Part shown: one piece after another, positions 39,621-51,922 of the stretch
Layout: every line of letters starts with the position of its first letter
Position numbering within the stretch: the first letter of the stretch is position 1
NCBI GenBank assembly: GCA_943348815.1
Contig: CALQYT010000002.1
Span: forward strand, 37,129-101,128
DNA from: Candidatus Nomurabacteria bacterium
GTDB lineage: Bacteria; Patescibacteriota; Minisyncoccia; Phycocordibacterales; SBAW01
Direction: 5' to 3'
DNA: 64,000 nt
The notes under the pieces: model-generated
Seen by the model: only the letters and a program-made list of their open reading frames with translations
Told to the model about the DNA's origin: nothing
The model's database searches: none
Position numbers and translations under genes: made by a program

Positions 39621-39675
39621 GCACCCTTAGTCCCGACGCTTGGGTCGGGATCCCGACAGAATCGTCGGGACTCAG
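39621..39675 (+). pseudogene. duplicated 5' fragment of tRNA-Val interrupted by two tandem hairpins
   Basis: GCACCCTTAG+[TCCCGAC-N6-GTCGGGA]x2+CTCAG matches the first 15 nt of the tRNA at 39696. Confidence 0.8.
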
Positions 39676-39695
39676 AGATAGGAAGTGTGCCAAAG

Positions 39696-39769
39696 GCACC
39701 CTTAGCTCAGTTGGTTAGAGCGCACCCTTCACACGGGTGAGGTCGGGAGTTCGAGCCTCTCAGGGTGCA
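39696..39769 (+). tRNA. tRNA-Val(CAC)
   Basis: cloverleaf, anticodon loop TTCACAC. Confidence 0.93.
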
Positions 39770-39812
39770 CTGCTTCGCCAAGGCTTCGCAGTGCGAGCAC
39801 AGGCAAGCGATT

Positions 39813-39883
39813 CGGGCTGTAGTATACCGGTAGTACGCGCGCTTCGGGTGCGTGAAGACTGGGTTCGATTCCCAGCAGCCCGA
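39813..39883 (+). tRNA. tRNA-Pro(CGG)
   Basis: CGGGCTG/CAGCCCG acceptor stem, anticodon loop TTCGGGT. Confidence 0.92.
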
Positions 39884-39909
39884 CAAAGTGATATAGTTTT
39901 TTGGCTTAA

Positions 39910-39980
39910 GGGCCCATAGTAAAGTGGTATTACGCGTCATTCGCATTGACGAGGCTCGAGTCCGATTCTCGATGGGTCCA
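39910..39980 (+). tRNA. tRNA-Ala(CGC)
   Basis: GGGCCCA/TGGGTCC acceptor with G3:U70, anticodon loop TTCGCAT, atypical T-loop GTCCGAT. Confidence 0.88.
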
Positions 39981-40019
39981 CTGCTTCGCCAAGGCTTCGC
40001 AGTGCAGGCACAAGAAGCC

Positions 40020-40049
40020 AGCAAAACTCCCCAAATGGGGAGTTTTGCT
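40020..40049 (+). terminator. intrinsic terminator after the tRNA cluster
   Basis: AGCAAAACTCCCC-AAAT-GGGGAGTTTTGCT. Confidence 0.8.
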
Positions 40050-40106
40050 TTAAGTGGAGAAGCAGTGTCCTGCGTAGCTTTAGCGGAGCAGGGCTATAAT
40101 CGAATC

Positions 40107-40346
40107 ATGCACTATGTGTATATTCTCCAAAGTCAGGTGGATGGAAGTTTATATGTGGGTGTCACCGAGGATATAAAACGTCGTTTTGTCGAACACAATA
40201 ATGGTAATGCTAAATATTCAAGCTCGAAACGGCCTTATAAACTGAAATGGTTTTGTGCATTCCCAACGAAACAAAAGGCACTTATCTTCGAAAGATATCT
40301 AAAACACGGTTCCGGTTTTGCTTTTGCACGAAAACATTTAATTTAA
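40107..40346 (+). CDS. stand-alone GIY-YIG nuclease
   Basis: MHYVYILQS..DGSLYVGVTEDIKRRFVEHN...FERYLKHGSG; TATAAT 6 nt upstream. Confidence 0.9.
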   Translation: MHYVYILQSQVDGSLYVGVTEDIKRRFVEHNNGNAKYSSSKRPYKLKWFCAFPTKQKALIFERYLKHGSGFAFARKHLI

Positions 40347-40379
40347 AAATAAAAAACAGACATCGTTAGTTAGTGTCTG

Positions 40380-40538
40380 TCAGCTTGCGGCATGAATTTG
40401 CCGATCTTCGCCAGAATTTCCCCGGCGATCGATGTGGATCAGATCACCTTCTTTCGGGTAGGTTCTGGGTATATCGAATTTGATCTGGAAGCTCGGGGCT
40501 TCCAGGACCCGTTCGGTGACGTCTAGCCGCCATACCAT
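40380..40538 (-). CDS. 52-aa orphan ORF (not in ORF track)
   Basis: manual translation MVWRLDVTERVLEAPSFQIKF...; AAGGG SD; stop codon abuts a terminator hairpin. Confidence 0.35.
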   Translation of the reverse strand: MVWRLDVTERVLEAPSFQIKFDIPRTYPKEGDLIHIDRRGNSGEDRQIHAAS

Positions 40539-40616
40539 TTGTCGTGCCCTTTTGTGCGTACCCTACTAGAAACTACAGAAGATTAAGAAAAGATACAATC
40601 GCGTTATACTAGGGAT

Positions 40617-41162
40617 ATGGGGGGTTCAGAAACGATAAGCATTGCGGTGGCGCTGTTGGCGCTGTTTTTGGTGTTGAGTACGGCGCTCAAGTATGCCGTG
40701 CGCGATAACTTTCATCGCACGAGGCTTATCATGACGCTGTTTTTCTTTTTCATTATCATCACGCTCACGATGGCGTTTTGGCGCTACACGCTCGCCTCGT
40801 TGCCCTCTACCATCCCTGCGGCGCTTGCAGGCGTGGCGCTTGGCTATGTGGCGGGAGTGCGCGAGGCGCAACGCAAATTAATGGAGCAAGGAGTTGAGTT
40901 TTATCGCGAGCACTTCCATCACGTGCACTTTATGGATATCCAAAACCTCAGTTGGTGGAGCGTTATTAACTTTTACTCCGTGATGGGCGCATTAGTGTTG
41001 ATTAACCTGGTAGGATTGAGCACCGTATTTTTTGTTGGGCGCGAGTCGTGGGCTATTGCGAGCTGTGTGGTGGGCGCCCTCCTTTTAGGATCCTTGGTGC
41101 CGTATCTCGTGCACCTGTGGAGCCTGCCTGCCGGCAAGGCAGGTATTAAAGCAGCGGACTAG
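40617..41162 (+). CDS. multi-pass membrane protein
   Basis: 5 hydrophobic segments; TATACT 5 nt before ATG. Confidence 0.65.
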   Translation: MGGSETISIAVALLALFLVLSTALKYAVRDNFHRTRLIMTLFFFFIIITLTMAFWRYTLASLPSTIPAALAGVALGYVAGVREAQRKLMEQGVEFYREHFHHVHFMDIQNLSWWSVINFYSVMGALVLINLVGLSTVFFVGRESWAIASCVVGALLLGSLVPYLVHLWSLPAGKAGIKAAD

Positions 41163-41847
41163 CAATAAGCGCTGCACAAGCAAACAAAAGTACGATAAGC
41201 GAGCTGTGGAATATGCGGCGCGCGATCTGGCGTGTGTGGTTGCTTGGTGTTTGGTGGACAAATAACGGCACTCCGGCTGCTTGGTATTCTTCGTAGCGAT
41301 AATACGCAATTGCCATAAAGTGCGGTATCTGCCATAAAAATAGCGCCGCAAAAAGTATGAACGCATACCAATCGAGCAGGTTGGTTGCTGCAACATATCC
41401 GACGACCGGCGGCATGGCACCGGCGAGTGCTCCAACCCAAAGCGCGTGCGGGGTTTTTGGTTTAAGGGGGGTGTAAACGAAGACGTAAATCACAAATCCC
41501 AACAAACCAAATACCAAACTTAAAAGGTTAATCTTCCACAAAAGGACAATACCCAGAGTTAAAAATGCTGAAGCAAAGAGTATCGCGTGCCGTACACTGA
41601 TGCGCCCTGCAGCGATGGCGCGGTTGTTGGTGCGCGCCATTTTGGCATCCATGTAGCGATCGGAGACGTTATTGCAAACACAGGCGGCGGCGACTACGCA
41701 CGACAACCCGATCAACAGTTCCCAAAAAGGAATACTTGCGCTGAGCGTAGTCGAACCAAAAAAGAATCCCGCTACTGCCGCGAGCGCGTTGCCCGCCACC
41801 ATGCGGGGTTTGGCGAGTTCGAAATAATCACGGAGCGTCCTAGTCAA
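41146..41847 (-). CDS. cyoE: protoheme IX farnesyltransferase (heme o synthase)
   Basis: LAKPR, N...DR..D.KM.RT..R, YTPLK, GAMPP, WQIPHF. Confidence 0.92.
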   Translation of the reverse strand: MTRTLRDYFELAKPRMVAGNALAAVAGFFFGSTTLSASIPFWELLIGLSCVVAAACVCNNVSDRYMDAKMARTNNRAIAAGRISVRHAILFASAFLTLGIVLLWKINLLSLVFGLLGFVIYVFVYTPLKPKTPHALWVGALAGAMPPVVGYVAATNLLDWYAFILFAALFLWQIPHFMAIAYYRYEEYQAAGVPLFVHQTPSNHTRQIARRIFHSSLIVLLFACAALIASPLL

Positions 41848-42175
41848 GTTGGTGTTCGGGGGATGGCTCGCCTATAAACATTTCGGATTGATTGTGTTGG
41901 AGATTGCTCATGATCCATAGCGAGCCACCAACCACGAGCACGACTATCAAGATTGCAAAACCATAGACAAATTTGTTCCACCCATTGCCTTGAGGTAGGT
42001 GCAAGAAATACACGGTTTGTACCAACAGTTGAGCCACCGCAAACAGCGGTAATACAACATAGAGCAGCTCGTGAGGAATTGCCGTGTGATTCATATGCAC
42101 ATGCATCCCCACCAATCCAAAACTCAAAAGAGTAAATAAGAGCGAGAGGATCAGGCCGTCAAAATAGTGCTTCAT
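41840..42175 (-). CDS. cyoD: cytochrome bo3 oxidase subunit IV
   Basis: GLILS..FT, AQLLVQ..YFLH, GSLWIM.NL. Confidence 0.88.
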   Translation of the reverse strand: MKHYFDGLILSLLFTLLSFGLVGMHVHMNHTAIPHELLYVVLPLFAVAQLLVQTVYFLHLPQGNGWNKFVYGFAILIVVLVVGGSLWIMSNLQHNQSEMFIGEPSPEHQLD

Positions 42176-42666
42176 ATAATTCCAAAGAGATACACAAAGG
42201 TGAAGATAAAGATCCAGATGATGTCGAGGAAGTGCCAAAAGAGCACGAGACGCTGCAGTTGATAAAACCGTTGGGTGACGAGCATCACCAGCATCCACAA
42301 ACATCCTGCGGCAACATGCAGGCCGTGCGTGCCGACGAGGGCAAAAAATGAGGAGAGGTAGGCCGAGTGAGAAGGTCCAAAACCCTCGAGCATTAAATTT
42401 TTAAATTCGTAGACTTCCAACCCAAGAAAGCCCAAGCCAAGCAGAAGGGTCAGTATTAGAAAAGTATTTTGTTTTTTAGTGACAAAAGCGAGCCCGACCG
42501 TAAAACTTGAGATAAGCAGGGCGAGGGTTTGGACAAAGACGAACGGTAACGAAAAAATATCTTCGCTGCCGCGCAACACCGCAAACGTAGCAAAGAGGCT
42601 CGCAAAGAGCACGCAATCGCTCATGATATAGAGCCAGAATCCCAGCGTTGTTTTGTCAGTCGGCAT
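42172..42666 (-). CDS. cyoC: cytochrome bo3 oxidase subunit III
   Basis: [34 protein letters not shown]. Confidence 0.92.
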   Translation of the reverse strand: MPTDKTTLGFWLYIMSDCVLFASLFATFAVLRGSEDIFSLPFVFVQTLALLISSFTVGLAFVTKKQNTFLILTLLLGLGFLGLEVYEFKNLMLEGFGPSHSAYLSSFFALVGTHGLHVAAGCLWMLVMLVTQRFYQLQRLVLFWHFLDIIWIFIFTFVYLFGII

Positions 42667-44467
42667 ATTCTGGTTTAGGGAGAGTGATGAGGGACAACAA
42701 AATACCGATCAAAGCCAGCGCAGCGAGCCACCAAATGTGCCAGATGAGTCCAAAACCAAAGAGTGCGGCGACCGCGCCTATGGCGACGCCGCGTGCGCTG
42801 CGCTCATGCAATGGTTCGGCCGGTTCTTGCCACTCAGGGCCCTGCGAGCGCCACGGATTTTCGCCCACATGATGTTTATGTTTATTCCAAATGCTCACGA
42901 TTATTTGAATTATTTGGAATAGGACCGCGAGCGCTATTACGGCTGCACCAGCCGCTGCGATATCAAATAACCAATGTGCCCACGGTTGTGTGTACAAGCC
43001 ACTTGCAACGTCGATATGGTCGAGCCGGCGGGTGACGCCCATTAACCCAAGCGCGTAGAGCGGCATAAAGGCCATAAGGAAGCCCACGATCCATGCCCAA
43101 AACGCAGCTTTGCCCCAGCGCTCATTTAACATAATCCCCGTAAATTTGGGGAACCAGTAGGTAAACCCGGCAAAGAATCCAAACACCACGCCGCCGATAA
43201 TCATGTTGTGAAAGTGCGCGACCAAAAACAAACTGTTGTGAAGCTGAAAGTCGGCTGCGGGGATAGACATTAAGACGCCCGTCATTCCGCCAATGGTAAA
43301 CGTGGTGAGGAAGCCTATAAACCACAGCATCGGTGTGGCAAAAATAATCCGTCCGCGGAACATCGTGAAGAGCCAGTTAAATACTTTAACCCCGGTGGGG
43401 ATAGCGATAGCCATCGTCATGATGCCAAAAAAGGCGTTGACATCGGCACCGGCGCCCATGGTGAAGAAGTGGTGCACCCACACCATAAACGACAACACCA
43501 CAATGAGCATGGTGGCGACGACCATGGAGGTGTAGCCAAAAAGTTTTTTCTGCGAAAAGGTCGCGACCACTTCAGAAAATATGCCAAACGCGGGGAGTAC
43601 CAAAATATACACCTCTGGGTGGCCCCACGCCCAAATGAGGTTGACGTACATCATCGCGTTGCCGCCCAGATCGGTGGTAAAAAAGTGGAAGCCGAGCGTG
43701 CGGTCAAGTGCAAGCAGTGCCAACGTGACCGTGAGTATGGGGAAGGCAAAAATAACCAACAACATCGAGCCGAGGGTTGTCCACGTAAACATTGGCATTT
43801 GCATGAGCCGCAGGTGGCCACGCATGGTGGCAATGGTGGTAAGAAAGTTGATGCCCGAAAGTAAAGTACCAATACCCGCAATTTGGAGGGCCCAAATATA
43901 ATAGTCGACACCAACCCCCGGGGAGTAGGCAAGTTCGGAGAGCGGCGGGTAGGCAAGCCAGCCCGTTGCCGCAAATTGTCCGACGACGAGCGAAAGGTTT
44001 AAAAGCAACGCGCCGGTTGCGGTGAGCCAAAAGCTAATCGAGTTGAGGAGGGGGAAGGCGACGTCTTTGCTACCTAGTTGGAGCGGCAACACCAGGTTTA
44101 TGATGCCAAACATAAACGCCATTGCCGCAAAAAAGATCATAATGACACCGTGCGCGGTAAAGAGTTGGGCAAAATGGTCGGGTGAAATATAGCCTGGCGC
44201 GCCAACGGCAAGCGCTTGCTGCGATTTCATCATCAGTGCATCGACAAAGCCGCGGCCAAACATCACAAACGACAGCAGAATGTACATGATGCCAATGCGT
44301 TTTGGGTCAAGCGAGGTGAGCCACTGTTGCCAGAGCCATCGCCAACGACCTAAGTAGGTGATCGCGAGTACGGTGACGAGCACTGCGACAATAACGATGA
44401 TTTGCGCGCCCGTTTCGATAGGGCCGTGGATGAATGCTTGCGGAGTTAGGAGTCCAAAGAGCGACAT
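42656..44467 (-). CDS. cyoB: cytochrome bo3 ubiquinol oxidase subunit I
   Basis: RGFVDALMM and [10 protein letters not shown] (quinol-site R/D/H/Q), WGHPEVY, WVHHFF, AHFH. Confidence 0.96.
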   Translation of the reverse strand: MSLFGLLTPQAFIHGPIETGAQIIVIVAVLVTVLAITYLGRWRWLWQQWLTSLDPKRIGIMYILLSFVMFGRGFVDALMMKSQQALAVGAPGYISPDHFAQLFTAHGVIMIFFAAMAFMFGIINLVLPLQLGSKDVAFPLLNSISFWLTATGALLLNLSLVVGQFAATGWLAYPPLSELAYSPGVGVDYYIWALQIAGIGTLLSGINFLTTIATMRGHLRLMQMPMFTWTTLGSMLLVIFAFPILTVTLALLALDRTLGFHFFTTDLGGNAMMYVNLIWAWGHPEVYILVLPAFGIFSEVVATFSQKKLFGYTSMVVATMLIVVLSFMVWVHHFFTMGAGADVNAFFGIMTMAIAIPTGVKVFNWLFTMFRGRIIFATPMLWFIGFLTTFTIGGMTGVLMSIPAADFQLHNSLFLVAHFHNMIIGGVVFGFFAGFTYWFPKFTGIMLNERWGKAAFWAWIVGFLMAFMPLYALGLMGVTRRLDHIDVASGLYTQPWAHWLFDIAAAGAAVIALAVLFQIIQIIVSIWNKHKHHVGENPWRSQGPEWQEPAEPLHERSARGVAIGAVAALFGFGLIWHIWWLAALALIGILLSLITLPKPEYAD

Positions 44468-44468
44468 G

Positions 44469-45230
44469 TTAGTGGCCGAATTGTTTCAGTATCGCATGGT
44501 AGAGGTCGATGCGATATGCATACGTGCGTTCTTGTTCGGTACTTGGTGCGCGTAGCGCGCTGTAAGTTGCCTGATCGAGCACGGGCGAGGTAGAGGCAGT
44601 TGCAGCTACCCACGCTTCAAAATCTTTTTGAGCGACCGCGTGCACCACAAAGTGCATACCGGCAAAACCCGCGCCGCTGTAGTTGGCCGAGTAGCCGGGA
44701 TAATCACCGGGTTTGTCGGCCATCAAGTTGAGCCTATTATCCATCCCGGTCATCGCATAAATTTGCCCGCCTAACTGTGGCACCCAAAACGAATTCATGG
44801 GCGCATCGGCGGTAATGTGGAACTCAACCGGTATGTTGGCCGGAATTTCTAGCGTGTTAAGGCTGGCAACCCCAAGAGAGGGGTATAAAAAGAGCCATTT
44901 CCACGGCAGTGCGACGACCTCGACTTGTAATGCGGGGACGGTCGAGGGGAGGGGTTTACGGGGATCGAGTGCATGCGTGCTGCCCCAGGTGAGTGCGCCG
45001 AGTACCAAAATAATTTCGAGCGGGATCGCCCACCAAATAAGCTCGTCCATCTTAGCGTGCTCCCAGTTAGGAGAGTAGCGAGCTTTGTGGTTACCAGCGC
45101 GATAGTAGTAGGCAAAGAAAAAAAGCAGCACAAACACCGGTACCACGACAATAAGCATAAGAAGCGTCGCTTGGATAATAAGCGACGCTTCTTGGCTCGC
45201 GATGATGCCGCTGCTCTGCAGCAAGTACAT
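44469..45230 (-). CDS. cyoA: cytochrome bo3 oxidase subunit II
   Basis: [47 protein letters not shown]; no CuA ligands. Confidence 0.92.
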   Translation of the reverse strand: MYLLQSSGIIASQEASLIIQATLLMLIVVVPVFVLLFFFAYYYRAGNHKARYSPNWEHAKMDELIWWAIPLEIILVLGALTWGSTHALDPRKPLPSTVPALQVEVVALPWKWLFLYPSLGVASLNTLEIPANIPVEFHITADAPMNSFWVPQLGGQIYAMTGMDNRLNLMADKPGDYPGYSANYSGAGFAGMHFVVHAVAQKDFEAWVAATASTSPVLDQATYSALRAPSTEQERTYAYRIDLYHAILKQFGH

Positions 45231-45237
45231 CGCTACA

Positions 45238-45897
45238 TTATATGCCGACTTTTATACCGGTCTCGTGATCGGTCTTAATTCCGCCCTCGCCACCCTTAAC
45301 ACTCGTGCCGGTTTGCACCTGTACGTTTGCGTTGGTGTCTGCGTTGTTGTTAGTAGTTTCGGTTGTTGAAGCTTCAGGATGAGTTGCCGCATCAGCAGTA
45401 GCTTTAGCCGAAAGTTGTGAAGCAACGTCGAGGGTTGCCCGCACGTTGTTGATGACGACACCGAGCGCTGCTTGCGCGTTCGTGTTGGCGTGAGCGCTTG
45501 CTTGGGCAAGCACCTGAATGCGCGAGGCTACTGAGGCTTGAAATTTGGCCGCAACATCGGCGGCGGCTTGGTAGTCGCCATCGGCCTGCAAGTTGGCGAT
45601 GCGCTCAGCAACGCCGCGTGCGTGGGCGTCAAAGTTGCCCTGCAAGTCGGCCTCAAGGTTGGCATCGAGCTTGTTTTCTGCGGCAAGTTTTTGTGCCTCG
45701 TCGAGGCGTGCTTCGGCAAGGGCGATGTCCCAGTTAGCCTTGGCTTCGTCGCCCACGGCGATAGACTCGGCTACGCGTTCGTTAACCTGAGTTTTAAATC
45801 CCCACAAAGCGTCGCCCGGGAGCGCGTTTTGCGCCGCGACGGAAGTACCGCCGCCAATGGCTGCGGCAAGAATGAGTGCTAGTGCAATAAAAGGCAT
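45238..45897 (-). CDS. DUF5667-like exported helical protein
   Basis: AQNALPGDALWGFK..VNE...RLDEA. Confidence 0.65.
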   Translation of the reverse strand: MPFIALALILAAAIGGGTSVAAQNALPGDALWGFKTQVNERVAESIAVGDEAKANWDIALAEARLDEAQKLAAENKLDANLEADLQGNFDAHARGVAERIANLQADGDYQAAADVAAKFQASVASRIQVLAQASAHANTNAQAALGVVINNVRATLDVASQLSAKATADAATHPEASTTETTNNNADTNANVQVQTGTSVKGGEGGIKTDHETGIKVGI

Positions 45898-46020
45898 GGT
45901 ATTAGTTTTTAGTTACTAATCTATACGAACAGTATATATGACGAGCTCAGCTATGAGGACTTACACGTAGACAATAGAGTCTTTTTTCTTGGCCAAATAT
46001 AGGCTAAAATACCTTTATCT

Positions 46021-46987
<967 letters not shown>

Positions 46988-46993
46988 ACGTTT

Positions 46994-47434
46994 GTGCAGG
47001 CAATTCTTACCACATTCGGGATAGATTGGCGGCTCTTGCTCGTCAACATCATTAACTTCGGGCTCTTGCTCGCGGCGTTGTGGTACTTTTTGTACGGTCC
47101 GGTTACCAAAATGTTAGAGGAGCGTCGGCAGCGAGTCGCACAAGGGGTTGCCGACGCTGAAGCGGCTGCGCAAAAACTTGCCGAGGTAGAAGTAAAGCGC
47201 CGCGAGGTGCTAGGTGCCGCCGGCAAAGAGGCCGACGAAATACTATTGGGTGCGCGCTCTGCGGGTTCTGCAAAAGAACGCGAGTTGGTCAAGAAGGGAG
47301 AGTCGTCTGCGGCAGCGGTATTACGCGAGGCAGAGGCTCAAGCCGCCGAACTAAAGACCCGCGCTATCGACGAAAGTCGCCAGGAGGTCGCCAAACTGAT
47401 TGTCTTGGGGATAGAAAAGGCTTTAAAACAATGA
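46994..47434 (+). CDS. atpF: ATP synthase F0 subunit b
   Basis: GIDW..IINF.LL...Y.P...LEER plus coiled coil. Confidence 0.92.
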   Translation: MQAILTTFGIDWRLLLVNIINFGLLLAALWYFLYGPVTKMLEERRQRVAQGVADAEAAAQKLAEVEVKRREVLGAAGKEADEILLGARSAGSAKERELVKKGESSAAAVLREAEAQAAELKTRAIDESRQEVAKLIVLGIEKALKQ

Positions 47435-47667
47435 TAGAAGCTGATTACGCAAAAGCGCTATATGCACTCGGGGATAAGGCATCTATGCCGGCTTTTCTTG
47501 TCACACTTAAGCGTCATCGGCACCAAAAGCTCTTATCAAAAATTTTTTCTGAATATCAAAAACTTATTTTGCAAGGACAACGATTGGCGATGCACAAAAA
47601 AGTAACTCCTGAACAAGAACAAACACGGGTGCTGTTGGAGTTGTATAGAAAACTAACCCATGTCTAA
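47431..47667 (+). CDS. atpH: truncated ATP synthase delta-like subunit
   Basis: lies between atpF and atpA; YAKALY start; only 78 aa. Confidence 0.55.
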   Translation: MIEADYAKALYALGDKASMPAFLVTLKRHRHQKLLSKIFSEYQKLILQGQRLAMHKKVTPEQEQTRVLLELYRKLTHV

Positions 47668-49216
47668 TTTTATCGAACAATTTAAAAAAGAAATTGAAGG
47701 CTTTATCCCGACCGAGCGGCCTAAAAATGGCGGCGTAGTGCTGCGCGTGGGTGACGGTGTTGCCGAGATAGAGGGGCTCGAGGGCGCAGCCATGTCGGAG
47801 ATGGTCAAGTTTGAGGTGTCGCACGGCAAACAACTGAAAGATGCAATCCAAACCCGCGATGTGTTTGGCGTGGTACTTAACCTCGAAGAGACCTCGGTAC
47901 GCGTGATTATTTTAGGCGACAGTTCCACGGTAACAGAGGGGATGGGTGTTACCCCGATGGGTCAGGTACTCTCTATCCCGGTCGGTGATGAGTTGCTTGG
48001 TCGTGTGGTGAGCGCACTTGGCGAGCCGCTTGATGGTTTGGGCGCGATTAAATCGACAAAAAAGAATGCAATCGAACGCGAGGCCTATGGTGTGATGGAC
48101 CGCGAGTCGGTAAAGCAGCCTCTGCACACGGGTATTAAAGCGATCGACTCGATGATCCCCATAGGTCGCGGCCAGCGTGAGTTGATTATCGGCGACCGCT
48201 ATACCGGCAAAACGACCGTTGCTATCGACACCATCCTCAACCAAAAAAGCGAGCCGAAAGAAAGCCGCCCTGTTTGTATTTATGTTTCGGTGGGGCAAAA
48301 AGAAAGTAAAACCGCACGTCTGGTGCAACAACTTAAAGAAGCGGGCGCGATGGAGTACACGATTGTGGTTGATGCCGGTGCTTCGGCTCCGGCGGCGCTG
48401 CAATACCTAGCACCATTTGCGGGTGCCGCTATTGGGGAATTCTTTTTGGACAGCGGTCGCGATGCGCTCGTAATTTATGACGACCTTTCTAAACACGCGG
48501 TAGCGTATCGCCAACTCTCGCTCTTGCTGCGCCGCCCCCCGGGCCGCGAGGCATACCCGGGCGACGTGTTTTATCTCCACTCGCGCTTGCTTGAACGTGC
48601 GGCAAAGCTCAATAAAGAAAAAGGGGGTGGATCACTGACGGCTTTGCCGATTATCGAAACGCAGGAAGGCGACGTCTCGGGTTACATCCCAACGAACGTC
48701 ATCTCTATTACGGACGGACAGATCTTTTTGGAGACTGATTTGTTTAACAAAGGTATGCGCCCGGCAATCAACGCCGGTATCTCAGTGTCACGCGTCGGTT
48801 CATCGGCACAAACCAAAGCGATGAAGAAAGTCTCGGGCCGTATCAAACTCGAGTTGGCGCAATTCCGCGAGTTGGAGGCCTTTATGCAGTTTGCACAAGA
48901 CCTTGATGCGGACACTAAAAAGCGCATCGACTCCGGCCAGCGCATGATGGCAATCTTGCGCCAAAAAAACGGCAACCCGTTGTCGTTTGAGAATCAGGCA
49001 ATCGTCATTTATGCCGCGGTTAATGGCTACTTGGCCAAGGTGCCGGTAGCGCGCGTGCCGGAGTATGAAGAAAAGATGCTGCAATTTATTGAGGCAGAGG
49101 CTAAATCTATCCCTGAGTCTATTGCACGCTCTAAAGAGATTGCCACACAGACCGAAGAGGAGTTGAAGGTGATGCTCAAAAAATTTGAAGAGACACATCC
49201 AGATTTATTTCAATAA
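47660..49216 (+). CDS. atpA: ATP synthase F1 alpha
   Basis: GRGQRELIIGDR.TGKT, PPGREAYPGDVFYLHSRLLER. Confidence 0.97.
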   Translation: MSNFIEQFKKEIEGFIPTERPKNGGVVLRVGDGVAEIEGLEGAAMSEMVKFEVSHGKQLKDAIQTRDVFGVVLNLEETSVRVIILGDSSTVTEGMGVTPMGQVLSIPVGDELLGRVVSALGEPLDGLGAIKSTKKNAIEREAYGVMDRESVKQPLHTGIKAIDSMIPIGRGQRELIIGDRYTGKTTVAIDTILNQKSEPKESRPVCIYVSVGQKESKTARLVQQLKEAGAMEYTIVVDAGASAPAALQYLAPFAGAAIGEFFLDSGRDALVIYDDLSKHAVAYRQLSLLLRRPPGREAYPGDVFYLHSRLLERAAKLNKEKGGGSLTALPIIETQEGDVSGYIPTNVISITDGQIFLETDLFNKGMRPAINAGISVSRVGSSAQTKAMKKVSGRIKLELAQFRELEAFMQFAQDLDADTKKRIDSGQRMMAILRQKNGNPLSFENQAIVIYAAVNGYLAKVPVARVPEYEEKMLQFIEAEAKSIPESIARSKEIATQTEEELKVMLKKFEETHPDLFQ

Positions 49217-49219
49217 TCT

Positions 49220-50137
49220 ATGGCACTTAAACAAATAAAATCTAAGATCCTGGCAATGAAAAAGTCGCAAACCGTCACCAAAGCGATGGAGGCGGTCTCG
49301 GCTGCCAAAATGCGCAAAAGCCAACTCAAAGCTCTGAACGGCCGCGCGTACGCTAAAGCGGCCGTTTCTGTCCTCTCCCGAGTATCCGGGAGCCGGCTTT
49401 TTTCGAGTTTGCCGCTCACGACGGAGCGTAGTGTTACTGCCGCACTCTACATTGTGATCACGAGCGACAAAGGTCTCGCCGGGGCACTCAACTCAGGGGT
49501 GTTGCGGACGGCGGTGGCCGACATACAAGCCTCGGGACTTAAGAAAGATGTCGTTTCGATTATTGCGGTAGGCAAGAAAGCAAGTGACTTTTTTGAGCGG
49601 CGCGGTTTTCATGTCGTACATCACGCCAACACCGACCACATTTCCTCCGAGTTTATCGACACGGTGGTCCGGCAGGCGATACAACGCTTTTTGCTCGGGG
49701 CGGTTGACCTCGTGAAGATCGCATACCCCAACTTAATTTCAACGTTTGAACAGCGCCCAACCATGAGGACGATATTGCCGCTTACGCTCGGCGAATTACA
49801 AAAAGTAGTTAGTGATATTGTTCCGGCTCGTGGTGTAGCAACCTCTGCGTTGGTTGAATCCACAAAAAAAGTAGTACAGTCCTATAGTCTTGAGCCTTCA
49901 GAAGAGGAGATATTAGAAATGATATTGCCCAAACTCGTTTCTATTTTTGTATATCACGCACTGCTCGAGTCGCAAGCATCCGAGCACTCGGCGCGTATGG
50001 TGGCGATGAAGTCGGCCTCGGACAAAGCAGGGGAGATGCAAGAAAGTTTGACGCTGAAGTTTAATAAAGTGCGGCAAGCAGCTATTACGCGCGAGGTGAG
50101 CGAAATTACCGGCGGTATGGAAGCAATGGCGAGCTAA
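49220..50137 (+). CDS. atpG: ATP synthase F1 gamma
   Basis: TKAMEAVSAAK, SDKGLAG, SEHSARMVAM, RQAAITRE. Confidence 0.96.
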   Translation: MALKQIKSKILAMKKSQTVTKAMEAVSAAKMRKSQLKALNGRAYAKAAVSVLSRVSGSRLFSSLPLTTERSVTAALYIVITSDKGLAGALNSGVLRTAVADIQASGLKKDVVSIIAVGKKASDFFERRGFHVVHHANTDHISSEFIDTVVRQAIQRFLLGAVDLVKIAYPNLISTFEQRPTMRTILPLTLGELQKVVSDIVPARGVATSALVESTKKVVQSYSLEPSEEEILEMILPKLVSIFVYHALLESQASEHSARMVAMKSASDKAGEMQESLTLKFNKVRQAAITREVSEITGGMEAMAS

Positions 50138-50141
50138 CTAA

Positions 50142-51618
<1,477 letters not shown>

Positions 51619-51626
51619 ACAAAATT

Positions 51627-51863
51627 ATGCATTTAGTAATCGCCAAAGTAGATGAAGTTTTATTTGAGGGCGAGGCACACTCGCTGACGGTCCCCGGCAC
51701 AGCTGGCGAGATGACCGTGCTCGGCGAGCATATGCCGCTTATTACGACGCTCAAAGCGGGCGAGTTGCGCGTGCATCTAACCGTGCATGATGAACCAAAA
51801 ATATTTCCGGTCGAAAAGGGTGTCCTCGAAGTCCGCCGCGACGGGGCTACGGTGATTTTGTAA
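51627..51863 (+). CDS. atpC: ATP synthase epsilon (N-terminal domain only)
   Basis: VPGTAGEMTVL..HMPLITTLK.G, GVLEV. Confidence 0.88.
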   Translation: MHLVIAKVDEVLFEGEAHSLTVPGTAGEMTVLGEHMPLITTLKAGELRVHLTVHDEPKIFPVEKGVLEVRRDGATVIL

Positions 51864-51922
51864 ACAAAAACCCACCCAATAGTTTAGAAGGGTAGGTTTG
51901 TAGCTTTAACCGCCTGATGCGG

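Larger units (their letters stand above)
39770..40093. repeat. three copies of palindrome family A around the tRNA cluster
   Basis: CTGCTTCGCCAAGGCTTCGCAGTGC at 39770 and 39981; reverse-oriented variant CCTGCGTAGCTTTAGCGGAGCAGG at 40069-40092. Confidence 0.85.

Noticed and set aside
39631-40005. Repeats around the tRNA cluster as a CRISPR array
   Set aside because: Only two copies per repeat type, separated by tRNA genes; no regular spacers and no cas genes.
39924-40106. N-terminal extension of the 140-aa ORF
   Set aside because: It overlaps tRNA-Ala(CGC), palindromes and a terminator; the GIY-YIG domain starts at ATG 40107 behind TATAAT.
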